A stretch of DNA of 32,592 bases from a virus (taxonomy: Duplodnaviria > Caudoviricetes): positions 1 through 32,592 of the IMG/VR virus record IMGVR_UViG_3300005611_000126. One strand, written 5' to 3'. The notes under the pieces are model-generated. The model had not been told where the DNA came from. It saw nothing but the letters and a program-made list of their open reading frames with translations, and did no database searches. Of this stretch, positions 9,782 to 18,408 are shown one piece after another; positions within the stretch are counted from its first letter, which is position 1, and each line of letters starts with the position of its first letter. The translations under genes and the position numbers were made by a program.

Positions 9782-10158
9782 TTGGTCAAACCTTTTGACT
9801 TTTCATAACTTCTTAACCCACCAAGACCTAACATACCGCCTAAGACATACAGCAATGCACCCATGTCAAACTCTGGTAGTTGATATTGCAAGTCATACAA
9901 AGATAAAACAAATAAAATGATAGGCTGTAAAACAAAGTGATAGCCAAGTGCAACAGCACATATCCATCCGCAACAAGGCCTCCAACCAGCCACAAAAATA
10001 GATCTATGTGATGCCTCTACTTTATTAACTTCTATTTGGGCAAGATCAATCTTATGAAACTGTGTTTTGATTTCGTGATCTAACTTAGCTTTTAAATCTT
10101 TATCTGCAACAAACTTGTCAAGTATGTGAGTGACGGGTTCTATAAGTTTGTCTATCAT
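9778..10158 (-). CDS. holin (3TM, GTA-holin-like)
   Basis: AQIEVNKVEA.H.S.FVAGWRP..GW.C and GMLGLGGLRSYEK.KG motifs; overlaps the endolysin start. Confidence 0.85.
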   Translation of the reverse strand: MIDKLIEPVTHILDKFVADKDLKAKLDHEIKTQFHKIDLAQIEVNKVEASHRSIFVAGWRPCCGWICAVALGYHFVLQPIILFVLSLYDLQYQLPEFDMGALLYVLGGMLGLGGLRSYEKSKGLTK

Positions 10159-10452
10159 TTATTTACCTGTTGGTTGTTTTTGTAATTCTTTTTTATAAAA
10201 CTCTATTTCTTTTTGTAAAACCAATACTTCTTTTTCCAAGACTATTACCTTTTGTTCTAACAGTCTAATATCAGGAAAAATATAATTGTTTTGATTAGAT
10301 CTTAAATTTTTTATTTCTGTATCATTCTTTTCTATGTGTTCGCTAATAGAAGCATAACCATAAACAAAAGCAGCAATAGCAATAATAATTTGTACTAAAT
10401 AACTAATAGAGATATTAAAAGTAGTCCTATCATTGACTTTTGCTTCGGTCAT
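10159..10452 (-). CDS. membrane-anchored coiled-coil protein (possible spanin-like)
   Basis: start re-assigned to ATG 10452 (TAATG coupling); one TM helix then coiled coil; in the lysis cluster. Confidence 0.6.
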   Translation of the reverse strand: MTEAKVNDRTTFNISISYLVQIIIAIAAFVYGYASISEHIEKNDTEIKNLRSNQNNYIFPDIRLLEQKVIVLEKEVLVLQKEIEFYKKELQKQPTGK

Positions 10453-10706
10453 TATTTTTTGGGTGAACCACCAACATACAAGCCAAACCAAGCTGCACCT
10501 GCACCTACAACGACAGAAACAAATGCTGATTGTGAATTGGTTGGATCAGGTAAGGTCATAAACCATTCGGTAGTTTTATAGAAAGCATAACCATATAAAG
10601 TAATAAGCAATCTAGGAAATACTCGCCACTTATCAAAACCCTCGGCTAAGTTATACCAAGTTTTATTTTGATGTTGATGTATCTCTATTTTCGGTTCTTG
10701 TTCCAT
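10452..10706 (-). CRISPR. NOT A CRISPR - see next entry
   Basis: placeholder withdrawn; no CRISPR array is present here, the interval is the CDS listed next. Confidence 0.
10452..10706 (-). CDS. two-TM membrane protein (holin-like)
   Basis: MEQEPKIEI start; FDKWRVFPRLL...WFMTLPDPT..QSAFVSVVVGAGAAWFGLY, two hydrophobic segments. Confidence 0.7.
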   Translation of the reverse strand: MEQEPKIEIHQHQNKTWYNLAEGFDKWRVFPRLLITLYGYAFYKTTEWFMTLPDPTNSQSAFVSVVVGAGAAWFGLYVGGSPKK

Positions 10707-11040
10707 CTTGGTCTTTGTGTAGTTTAATAAAATACTCTGCATCGACTAATGCCAATGGCTTAGTGTTGTTTCTCTTTATTATAACCAAAGGTTCGTAATC
10801 TTTACAGTTAGTACAAGACTGTTCATAAGCCTTCCAAACATTAACTGCTTGTTGGTTTTTACATTCGATGGAATAAGGAAATTGTTTGCGTGATTGAACA
10901 CCTATAATGACATCTTCACCAGAAGATCCCATAGGTCTTGATTCTAAATCTTCAGGATCAAAACCAAGTAAAGCAACGAGTTTATCAACAACCCATTGTT
11001 GTAGTTTTCGACCCTTGGCTTTTGCCGAGGATGGTCGCAC
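10663..11040 (-). CDS. putative Holliday junction resolvase, PD-(D/E)XK fold
   Basis: SAKAKGR.LQQWV, GEDV, SIECKNQ, EPLVIIKRN motifs. Confidence 0.75.
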   Translation of the reverse strand: MRPSSAKAKGRKLQQWVVDKLVALLGFDPEDLESRPMGSSGEDVIIGVQSRKQFPYSIECKNQQAVNVWKAYEQSCTNCKDYEPLVIIKRNNTKPLALVDAEYFIKLHKDQDGTRTENRDTSTSK

Positions 11041-11124
11041 TTATTTCTTTTTAGATTTTTTAGTAGATTTTTTCTTTGGTGGTCTTCCTACTTTAGACCC
11101 ATATGTTCCTTTACCTTTTGGCAT
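11041..11124 (-). CDS. 27-aa highly basic microprotein
   Basis: read by hand: MPKGKGTYGSKVGRPPKKKSTKKSKKK; abuts both neighbours, GAGG upstream. Confidence 0.7.
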   Translation of the reverse strand: MPKGKGTYGSKVGRPPKKKSTKKSKKK

Positions 11125-11126
11125 AA

Positions 11127-11276
11127 TTACTTCCTCTTTTTTGCAGTCTTAGCTGCTTGTTTAAATGCTTTAGCAGATGGCGCACCTTTAGTACCCGGCT
11201 TTCTCATTGTTTCCTTTGATCCAGCTTTTATCCTTTTGCGTTTAGCATGAATGTTTGCGTATAGTCCTTTTGGCAT
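11127..11276 (-). CDS. 49-aa highly basic microprotein
   Basis: read by hand: MPKGLYANIHAKRKRIKAGSKETMRKPGTKGAPSAKAFKQAAKTAKKRK; AAGGAG RBS. Confidence 0.8.
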   Translation of the reverse strand: MPKGLYANIHAKRKRIKAGSKETMRKPGTKGAPSAKAFKQAAKTAKKRK

Positions 11277-11287
11277 AATTTAACTCC

Positions 11288-11560
11288 TTACCACTTTACT
11301 TTATCAGCCCAATAAGCTGCTGACAACTTTCCTTTGGCTATATTCTTAGCGTGTCTAGCTTTGAATGATTTTCTTCTAGCCTTATCTTTGGCAGATTGAG
11401 GGCTTTTACCAGCACCGCTAACGCCTTGTTGACCAAAGCGTATAAGTTTAATTGTTTCACCAGACTTGGCTAAAACTGCGTGTGATTTTGTTTTATGTCC
11501 CGGGGTTCTTTTAGGTTTATTAAAACCACTAAACCTTTCACCTCTGTATGTAATAGCCAT
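11288..11560 (-). CDS. basic conserved phage protein
   Basis: 90 aa, K/R-rich, KLIRFGQQG...ARRKSFKARH...SAAYWA motif. Confidence 0.8.
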   Translation of the reverse strand: MAITYRGERFSGFNKPKRTPGHKTKSHAVLAKSGETIKLIRFGQQGVSGAGKSPQSAKDKARRKSFKARHAKNIAKGKLSAAYWADKVKW

Positions 11561-11733
11561 TAGTGTAAAGTTTTCTCCTCACAACTTAATACTTCTGAAT
11601 CCTCGGTTACTTCACCACCAGAGATAATACCAAGTATTCTTACTGCATCTTCTTGGCTTTTGGCTCTAATATCACTACCGACATAAACTAGATCGTCAAC
11701 TAAAACTTCTAGGTTATATAACTTGATTGCCAT
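11560..11733 (-). CDS. small acidic hypothetical protein
   Basis: likely start MAIKLYNLEV at 11733 overlapping the portal end; TAATG coupling to the next gene. Confidence 0.6.
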   Translation of the reverse strand: MAIKLYNLEVLVDDLVYVGSDIRAKSQEDAVRILGIISGGEVTEDSEVLSCEEKTLH

Positions 11734-13903
11734 TGTTAGTAAATAGTCCTTGAGCTTGATCCTTTGCAGTTTGCCTAATGTTTTCTCTGTCACGCTCCAT
11801 GATAGCATTGATTTCTGCTATGTTGACTTGCGCTCCGTATTTAGCGGTTAATTCTGCTGCTTTTAGTCTAATCTGTGCTTCTGTCTCATCACGCTGTCTG
11901 TCATCATCCATGATAATTTTCATGCGATCAGTCTCAGCATCAATGATAGCTTTCTGTGCCTGGTTCTGTGCTTTCATAGCTTCAGCTTGTGCCAACATGG
12001 TAGCCGCATCCGGTTGTTGTGGTTCCGGTGGTGCGGGTGGCATAGGTGGTACTTGAGTGTTAATAAATGCGTTTGCATCTTTAAATCCGGCAAGTTCTAT
12101 CATGCGTGTCAAAGTATTTGAATATTGCTGTAAAGATACCAATGGATTTTCAGGACCCATAGTTTGCATAATTTGTTCTTGTTTACCTGCAAGTTGTGCG
12201 AGTATGCCAAACTTCTCTTCGTCAGAAGATTTAGAGATAGCTACATTTACCACCATATCTTTATCTGATTCCCAATACCTTGGGTCTACCGGGATAAATT
12301 GACCTTCAAGTCTAAAGACATCTTGTGCGTTTTGATGTTTGATAATTAAGTTATTAACGATTTTAAACATTTGCTTCATTCCACCTTCGGCAAAATGTCT
12401 GCAAATGATTTCTATTCGGCCTTGCGCTCCTGACATGGTAGCGGATACGGCTGCACTGGTGCTTGATTGCAAAGCATCTGCATTTAAGCCAGCAGAGGCT
12501 TTAGACACACCAGTCCTATTCTCTTTTGCTTCATCAAGGTATCCAAGAACAGGGAAAGCCTCTTTACCAGCGAAGGGTACTGTAAAGGGTTGAACCATCC
12601 CAGGGGCGCGAACTCGAATGGGCTGTCCGATATCAGTATTGAGTACATCGTCAATATTGACTTGACCTTCAACGACAGCCATACGAGGAAAGATAGAGTG
12701 TCCTAATGAATCAAGAGTATCTCGCATAATCTGTGATTTTGCGGCCTGGATAGGCTTAAGATAATCTGCTGGACACGAACCGATTGCAGTATGTGGTTCA
12801 GGATCTGGGCAGAACATAGTAATAGGAAGATCATCCCATTGTTCTACATTCAGCACATTTACGCCTTCACCCGCAGTACAAACTCTAATTCTTTCATCGA
12901 TGCCATCACCATCGAAGTCATAAAATAAATAATGTTCTACATATAAAACTTCTTTTGCTCCGGTATCACTTCGGTCTGGGTATACCATGTTGTCAAATGG
13001 GTTTCTTGCCTCGATTTCATCATAGGCTTCTGGGTCAACCGCACTTGAGCTTTGCGTTGCATATTGCTCAACTTCATCTTGGTCATAACCCATAGCAACT
13101 AAATCAGAAACAGATTTAATCATGCGGTGCGCAACATAAGATGCAGATTCAAGATTGCGTGCGTTGCGTGAAATTAAAACTTCTTCGGGTGGTATTGATT
13201 CAATACACACTTGATCTTTAGCTTTAATTCTACGAATCGTTAAATCATATTTAGCTGGAATCTCTTGAGTAATTTCTTCACCAGATAAAGGATCAACTTG
13301 TGTAATGGTTTCCATGGTGACAGATTCTTTAACAATCTCTACATTGGGATCAAGCACCAAGGCTTGATATGAAATAGGATCTAAGTCTGTGTATTCGCTG
13401 GTAGATGCTGAAATAGAATCATCCCAAAAAACTTTAACAAAACCACTCTTTCTAACCAAGGCATCTTTAAACGCATCGTATAAAACTTGGAAGCCAGGAT
13501 TTTTTTCTTGAATGATGTAATTAACATAATTGGTTTGTTGCTCGGCAACAGGAATATCTTCTGGGCCATGCGGTACAAATTCAACAATCTTTTTAGTGCC
13601 AAAGAAGGTACGCATGATAGATGGCAACATAAACAAAATGCTATCTCTAACATCAGTCGAAACAAATTCAGACTGCATACTAGATTGTGCTTGTGGTTGT
13701 TCACCAAGATAATACTCAGTTGATTCTGCTCGCTCTGCGCCGACTTGATGAATGAAATCTTTTGCATCATCCATCTCTGATTTGATAACACTGGTAAGGT
13801 GTTCCATATCAACTTCTTCATTAACTTCGACTTCTACTTCAGAAGATTCCATCTCTTCTTTCTCAAGCATATCTTCCATTTTGTCTTCGTAATCTTTTGC
13901 CAT
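11714..13903 (-). CDS. portal protein (P22-like)
   Basis: 729 aa directly downstream of TerL; VSTDVRDSI..MLPSIMRTF, DALVRKSGFVKVFWD, ENRTGVS motifs and Q/P-rich C-terminal barrel. Confidence 0.9.
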   Translation of the reverse strand: MAKDYEDKMEDMLEKEEMESSEVEVEVNEEVDMEHLTSVIKSEMDDAKDFIHQVGAERAESTEYYLGEQPQAQSSMQSEFVSTDVRDSILFMLPSIMRTFFGTKKIVEFVPHGPEDIPVAEQQTNYVNYIIQEKNPGFQVLYDAFKDALVRKSGFVKVFWDDSISASTSEYTDLDPISYQALVLDPNVEIVKESVTMETITQVDPLSGEEITQEIPAKYDLTIRRIKAKDQVCIESIPPEEVLISRNARNLESASYVAHRMIKSVSDLVAMGYDQDEVEQYATQSSSAVDPEAYDEIEARNPFDNMVYPDRSDTGAKEVLYVEHYLFYDFDGDGIDERIRVCTAGEGVNVLNVEQWDDLPITMFCPDPEPHTAIGSCPADYLKPIQAAKSQIMRDTLDSLGHSIFPRMAVVEGQVNIDDVLNTDIGQPIRVRAPGMVQPFTVPFAGKEAFPVLGYLDEAKENRTGVSKASAGLNADALQSSTSAAVSATMSGAQGRIEIICRHFAEGGMKQMFKIVNNLIIKHQNAQDVFRLEGQFIPVDPRYWESDKDMVVNVAISKSSDEEKFGILAQLAGKQEQIMQTMGPENPLVSLQQYSNTLTRMIELAGFKDANAFINTQVPPMPPAPPEPQQPDAATMLAQAEAMKAQNQAQKAIIDAETDRMKIIMDDDRQRDETEAQIRLKAAELTAKYGAQVNIAEINAIMERDRENIRQTAKDQAQGLFTNNGNQVI

Positions 13904-13909
13904 GTAAAA

Positions 13910-15442
13910 CTATCCCACTCGAATGATTCGAGATTTTAAAGGTTTTTTGAAATTATAACCGAAATAACTCTCGCTTCCACTAAAACTTGCCGCAGAACTT
14001 GCCATGGTCAATGCAAGTGCATCTGCTTTGTCCGGAGATTTTATACCACGCTTTCGCATTTCATCTTTCGATTCAATTTTTATTTTTCCGCTAGAAGTAT
14101 ATTTGTATTGCGGTGATGCAAGTTCAGATGCTAATTCATCATCCTCTGGTAAACGACAATCTCTTTGGGCCAACCAGTCTTTAACTGCAAACCAAAGTTC
14201 CGCACGAAGGTTCAAATAATTTTTTTTGGTACTCGGTGACTCGGCAACATTTACGCCACGCACGGGAAGGTTTTGCTCACGCAAACGATCAACCACTCCG
14301 GATCCTAAACCAATCACATCAATTAATATTTCTTGCGGTTGCTCCATCACAGTAGCATCGTCAAATCTATTTTTTACCGCTCCGCACAATTGCATTAAAT
14401 CCATGGACGGAAAAGTAATGATTTCAAAAACAGTATTTCCCTGGCGTATGCACAGAGCAGAATTATCACCACCAAACCTTGCAACATCTAATCCCCATAA
14501 AATAGGCTCAGATGCGGTGAGAGACACATCTCTGCCCATGGCTGTGCGGACAAGTTCCATAGGTATGACAGTGTCATCGTCTGCGGACGGAAATTCGCCC
14601 ATAACTTCGACCCTGGCAACAGTAGAATCTTCTCCATATTGTTCGATCATGCGTTGGAAAAGTTCTTTGTCCGTGCCTTCGACTGTGCGGGAGTCTATTT
14701 GTTCGGTTTTCCAGAACTTGCGTTTGGAGTGAAAGGAATCGTAGAAAGGTCCTGAGTTCCTGCGTGGGTTAGAAAAGGTAAACCAAAAGCGATTTTTCGT
14801 GGGTTCGGAAAAGAATCCTTCGGATACGGAATATATGGGTGCTGGTATACCGGAAGCCTCGTCCATAATTAAACAAACTCCGTATGATGAGTGAATACCA
14901 GCGAACGCATCCGGGTTTTCTTCGCTCCATAGCTGTGCTTGTGCGTAATAGTAACCAGTATCGATTTTTAGGTCCTCAACGAGTGCATTTTCGAACCATT
15001 GTGCTGGTTTTATTGCGGTAGCAGTCTTGTTAAACCAGTGAGAATTTATGGATAAAGTTAGCCATTTACCTAATTCCGCCCATGTTCTAGTTCTAAGCTG
15101 TTGTTCTGTGTTAGCTGTAACAATAATGGTTGCTCCTAACCTGGTAGAAAGCATCCATAAAATAATCCAAGAGACTAATGCAGACTTTCCAATACCCCGG
15201 CCTGAACCAACTGCCAATCTAAACATCTCTGGTAAATCAATGGCTTCGTTTTTTCTAATATGGTTTGAGATATCTCGCAAAATTTTTTCCTGCCACTTAC
15301 GAGGACCAGTAAAATGTTCGAGGGGGGTATCCTTTTCACCCCAGGGGAAGACAAATTTAACAAAGTTTAATGGATCATCTTTGATGTTAAGTGACCAAAC
15401 TGCGGTCATTAATTCTCTTTCTTGGTTAATTGGATATTTCAT
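13910..15442 (-). CDS. terL: terminase large subunit
   Basis: Walker A GSGRGIGKS, Walker B LIMDEASG, SNP coupling motif, RNase H-like GLDVARFGGD and SPDKADAL. Confidence 0.95.
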   Translation of the reverse strand: MKYPINQERELMTAVWSLNIKDDPLNFVKFVFPWGEKDTPLEHFTGPRKWQEKILRDISNHIRKNEAIDLPEMFRLAVGSGRGIGKSALVSWIILWMLSTRLGATIIVTANTEQQLRTRTWAELGKWLTLSINSHWFNKTATAIKPAQWFENALVEDLKIDTGYYYAQAQLWSEENPDAFAGIHSSYGVCLIMDEASGIPAPIYSVSEGFFSEPTKNRFWFTFSNPRRNSGPFYDSFHSKRKFWKTEQIDSRTVEGTDKELFQRMIEQYGEDSTVARVEVMGEFPSADDDTVIPMELVRTAMGRDVSLTASEPILWGLDVARFGGDNSALCIRQGNTVFEIITFPSMDLMQLCGAVKNRFDDATVMEQPQEILIDVIGLGSGVVDRLREQNLPVRGVNVAESPSTKKNYLNLRAELWFAVKDWLAQRDCRLPEDDELASELASPQYKYTSSGKIKIESKDEMRKRGIKSPDKADALALTMASSAASFSGSESYFGYNFKKPLKSRIIRVG

Positions 15443-15481
15443 ATTTCAAAAAAATTAAAAAATTTTAGTTCAACAGTTATA

Positions 15482-15516
15482 CGTATATACGCCCCCCCCA
15501 CGCACGAAAGGGGGGG
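15482..15516. other. palindrome plus C8/G7 inverted repeat between terS and terL (candidate pac/terminus element)
   Basis: CGTATATACG palindrome, then CCCCCCCC-ACGCACGAAA-GGGGGGG; A/T tracts at 15447-15467. Confidence 0.45.
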
Positions 15517-15614
15517 TCAAATCGTTAATCCTCTATTTATTACACACACGCACACACGCACGAACGGACGGGGCCTAGATTCTCTAAGCGTCATTGGGGA
15601 GAAAAGGGGAGCCA

Positions 15615-16109
15615 CTAAGAGGGAACCCCGTCCGAATTGTTTATATAGTCGTCCTGGCCTTCCTGGTCGCTCGTGCGTTCGCTCGTGCGTTCCCGTGCGT
15701 CCTGGAGATTGAGTTGTTCCGTTGGCTCGTCCGGGCGTACGTCCAGGATGCGGGAGTTTGCGTTGGATAAGATCCCGGCCAGGTCCAGGTTATGATTTAC
15801 TTCTTGACGATCTGCCCATTGATCCGGTGCCCGGTTCTTTAAGTAGAAGATTTGTGCAGTGACATTGCCATCCCGTGCGGAAGTCATTAATGCGTTAGAT
15901 ATTTTTTCTACGCCTAAGGCTTCCCCTTTTTTTATAGCTTCCTCAATTTCCGCATTTTCTTTTCTGCGTCTATCAATAGTCGACCAGGAGACACCGAGGC
16001 ATCTTGCAATTTGGCCTGAGGTCAAACCCTGGGAACCAAGTTGAACAATCTTGGCCAAGGTATCCGGGTCATTTAATTTAATTTTCTTTCTTCCTGGTTT
16101 GTTTGGCAT
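15615..16109 (-). CDS. terS: terminase small subunit
   Basis: N-terminal GRKK and HTH (QIARCLGVSWSTIDR), EAIKKG, GNVTAQIFYLKNR..W.D motif; upstream of terL. Confidence 0.85.
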   Translation of the reverse strand: MPNKPGRKKIKLNDPDTLAKIVQLGSQGLTSGQIARCLGVSWSTIDRRRKENAEIEEAIKKGEALGVEKISNALMTSARDGNVTAQIFYLKNRAPDQWADRQEVNHNLDLAGILSNANSRILDVRPDEPTEQLNLQDARERTSERTSDQEGQDDYINNSDGVPS

Positions 16110-16146
16110 AGCCTATTCTAATGCAGTTTTGAGTAAGTTAATCATC

Positions 16147-16192
16147 TTTTTTTTAAAATAAGTTGACATTCTGATATCACCTATGAGAGAAT
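16147..16192 (+). promoter_or_regulatory. sigma70-type early promoter
   Basis: T/A-rich UP element, TTGACA at 16163-16168, 18-bp spacer, TG-A-GAGAAT extended -10; AAGGAG RBS before the ATG at 16238. Confidence 0.65.
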
Positions 16193-16237
16193 CAAGAAAC
16201 CTAGGGAATACCTGGGCATTTTAAGGAGATAGAAAGA

Positions 16238-16690
16238 ATGATAAACGCTAAAGAAAAGAAATTAATAGAGGACGGATTTAATAGGTTGTATTTATTAGAT
16301 CATCAAACCTGGACACCATACCGGGAAAATATTTTCAACATCAATCGCAAAGGCGAGAGAAAACACCGGGACACATTCGGAGGTCAGAGACATTATCCGG
16401 CAAGTGCATCAATATCCTTGGTAGCCAAGTATTGGTCAGTCAAGCATATTCTTGATGCTCTGTATCAAACTCATAAACCTTACCAGGTAAAAGACTTTTT
16501 AGTTATTAATGAGTCCGCATTTCTTGGCCAAGCATTGGCAGAGAATTACCGGGAAGAATTATTAGAAAGTTTCCTAGACTTTGATTTTGATAAGTTCCAA
16601 CGATTCGATTATTGCGAAATGGTTTGTGATGCTAACGATTCATGCGAGTCAACCAACCAACAATTTTTAGATTCGATTGAGGTTGCATAA
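16238..16690 (+). CDS. early hypothetical protein
   Basis: 150 aa, strong RBS TTAAGGAGAT, first gene of the plus-strand operon. Confidence 0.75.
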   Translation: MINAKEKKLIEDGFNRLYLLDHQTWTPYRENIFNINRKGERKHRDTFGGQRHYPASASISLVAKYWSVKHILDALYQTHKPYQVKDFLVINESAFLGQALAENYREELLESFLDFDFDKFQRFDYCEMVCDANDSCESTNQQFLDSIEVA

Positions 16691-17313
16691 TGAAAGTCTT
16701 AATAGCTTGTGAAACTAGCGGAACAGTTAGAAATGCTTTCCTGGATCGTGGCCATGACGCCTGGTCTTGTGATGTCTTACCATCTGATGATTTAACCAAC
16801 AGGCATATTCAAGATGATGTCCTGGAAGTTCTCAAGATGGAATCCTGGGATATGTTAATGGTGGCTCATCCGCCATGTACCAGGTTATGTAATAGCGGGG
16901 TCCGGTGGCTACACAAGGCCCCACCAGGTAAAACATTGGCCGAGATGTGGGAACAGTTAAACCAGGGGGCGGAATTGTTTTCTAAACTTTGGAATTCTGA
17001 TGTCCCTAAGGTGGCCATTGAAAACCCGGTGATGCACAAATACGCAAAGGCCAGGATCAAAAACTTTGAGCCATTTACCCAAAGCGTTCAACCTTACGAA
17101 TTTGCAGACAGCATAGACGCTGAAGACAACGTAAGTAAAAGGACCTGTTTATGGTTGCGGAACTTACCGCCATTAATTAAAACCGGAACGCTAACCAGGG
17201 AAACCGCCAGGCATGACATACATAATGCATCACCTGGTAAGGATCGTTGGAAGGTTAGATCAAAATTTCACAAAGGCATTGCCCAGGCAATGGCCGACCA
17301 ATGGGGGAAATAA
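16690..17313 (+). CDS. compact DNA (cytosine-5) methyltransferase
   Basis: SAM-binding motif I variant VLIACETSG, SCD, catalytic HPPC, IENPV (motif VI), KRTCLWL, C-terminal RSKFHKGIAQAMADQW. Confidence 0.82.
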   Translation: MKVLIACETSGTVRNAFLDRGHDAWSCDVLPSDDLTNRHIQDDVLEVLKMESWDMLMVAHPPCTRLCNSGVRWLHKAPPGKTLAEMWEQLNQGAELFSKLWNSDVPKVAIENPVMHKYAKARIKNFEPFTQSVQPYEFADSIDAEDNVSKRTCLWLRNLPPLIKTGTLTRETARHDIHNASPGKDRWKVRSKFHKGIAQAMADQWGK

Positions 17314-17315
17314 AA

Positions 17316-17459
17316 ATGTACGAGGTAATAATTGAATATGATAACCAGGGGCCGGTCGTTGTGATGCGGTCCCAGGATCTGAGCAAGTGCCTGGATAAAC
17401 AAAAAAGATTGATCCAGGACGGACATTTAGATTGTTTTATATCGAGGGTGAAAAAATGA
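17316..17459 (+). CDS. 47-aa early microprotein
   Basis: read by hand: MYEVIIEYDNQGPVVVMRSQDLSKCLDKQKRLIQDGHLDCFISRVKK; fills the operon gap, ATGA overlap with the next gene. Confidence 0.7.
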   Translation: MYEVIIEYDNQGPVVVMRSQDLSKCLDKQKRLIQDGHLDCFISRVKK

Positions 17460-17668
17460 CTTTTGAACAAGCCAAATATAAATACAACTGTTATGCCCGG
17501 GATGTCCTGGGATTAGTTGGCGAGTTAGATATTCCGAGCCGGGATATGTCAACGAGCATTAGTGTTAGCAACTTTGAAACAAATACCAAGAATTTAATTT
17601 GGATTTTAAGAGATGCTCAAGATATGAATATTGCAACCATTAACGCTGATACGGGCAAAGTATTATGA
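17456..17668 (+). CDS. early hypothetical protein
   Basis: start MTFEQAKY at 17456 (GAGG RBS); ATGA overlaps on both sides. Confidence 0.7.
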   Translation: MTFEQAKYKYNCYARDVLGLVGELDIPSRDMSTSISVSNFETNTKNLIWILRDAQDMNIATINADTGKVL

Positions 17669-18051
17669 AACAAGAAGAAACAACCCGTATTAATTACCGA
17701 GGCGTTGCGGTGGATCTAACTATTACCAGGAATTACTTTGAAGGCATAGACCATATCGAAGTTCAAACCCTGGACGATCACCCAATACCATTAACTGAAA
17801 CCGGGTACAGATCCCACTTTTGCCATATGTCCGGAACTTTTACCATGGACCAGGCCATTGAATGGTTTTACCAGGAGAACGGAAAGAAAGATTCCAACGG
17901 ATTCCAGGATGACTTCTTTTCTAGCGTCTCACATGAGCCACACGCAACGCAAAGCATCAAACAGGATGCAACCCACCAGGATATAAAATCTTTTAACTCT
18001 GAGCCTCTGACGAAACCAGGGGCAAAGGCAAACCAACCATCATTATTTTAA
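17665..18051 (+). CDS. early hypothetical protein
   Basis: 128 aa, HIEV...PIPLTETGYRSHF motif and C-terminal QPSLF (resembles a sliding-clamp-binding QxxLF motif). Confidence 0.7.
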   Translation: MKQEETTRINYRGVAVDLTITRNYFEGIDHIEVQTLDDHPIPLTETGYRSHFCHMSGTFTMDQAIEWFYQENGKKDSNGFQDDFFSSVSHEPHATQSIKQDATHQDIKSFNSEPLTKPGAKANQPSLF

Positions 18052-18067
18052 TAAGGAGATAAATATA

Positions 18068-18256
18068 ATGAACGAAACATTAAACGAAATAATCCAGGAC
18101 TTGGCGGACCTAAGTTATACCGCCCTGGATTTAAAGGAAGATATCACCACCGGTGAACCATCTGTTGAAACCGCCCTGGAAAAGATAAACAGGATTCACC
18201 GAGTCTTGATCTTTAACCAGGATAAATTAATTGAATTAACCAAGGGGGAAGAATGA
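18068..18256 (+). CDS. early helical acidic microprotein
   Basis: 62 aa, TAAGGAGAT RBS. Confidence 0.7.
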   Translation: MNETLNEIIQDLADLSYTALDLKEDITTGEPSVETALEKINRIHRVLIFNQDKLIELTKGEE

Positions 18257-18408
18257 ATATTGAATATATGAAACTAGAAAGCATATATTGTGCATTACAA
18301 GAATTGAAAAACAAATATTCGATTCCGGATGATGACTGCGATCTTGAAGATGCTTTTCAATTTACGGAAGATTTAAGAGAACCATATTTAAACGAGGTAA
18401 AACTATGA
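18253..18408 (+). CDS. 51-aa acidic early microprotein
   Basis: read by hand: MNIEYMKLESIYCALQELKNKYSIPDDDCDLEDAFQFTEDLREPYLNEVKL; ATGA overlaps on both sides. Confidence 0.7.
   Translation: MNIEYMKLESIYCALQELKNKYSIPDDDCDLEDAFQFTEDLREPYLNEVKL

Noticed and set aside
13910-15442. Intein or intron in terL, portal or primase-helicase
   Set aside because: Proteins are of normal length with uninterrupted motifs
11778-15458. Multiple plus-strand ORFs over portal and terL
   Set aside because: Antisense shadows of well-supported genes
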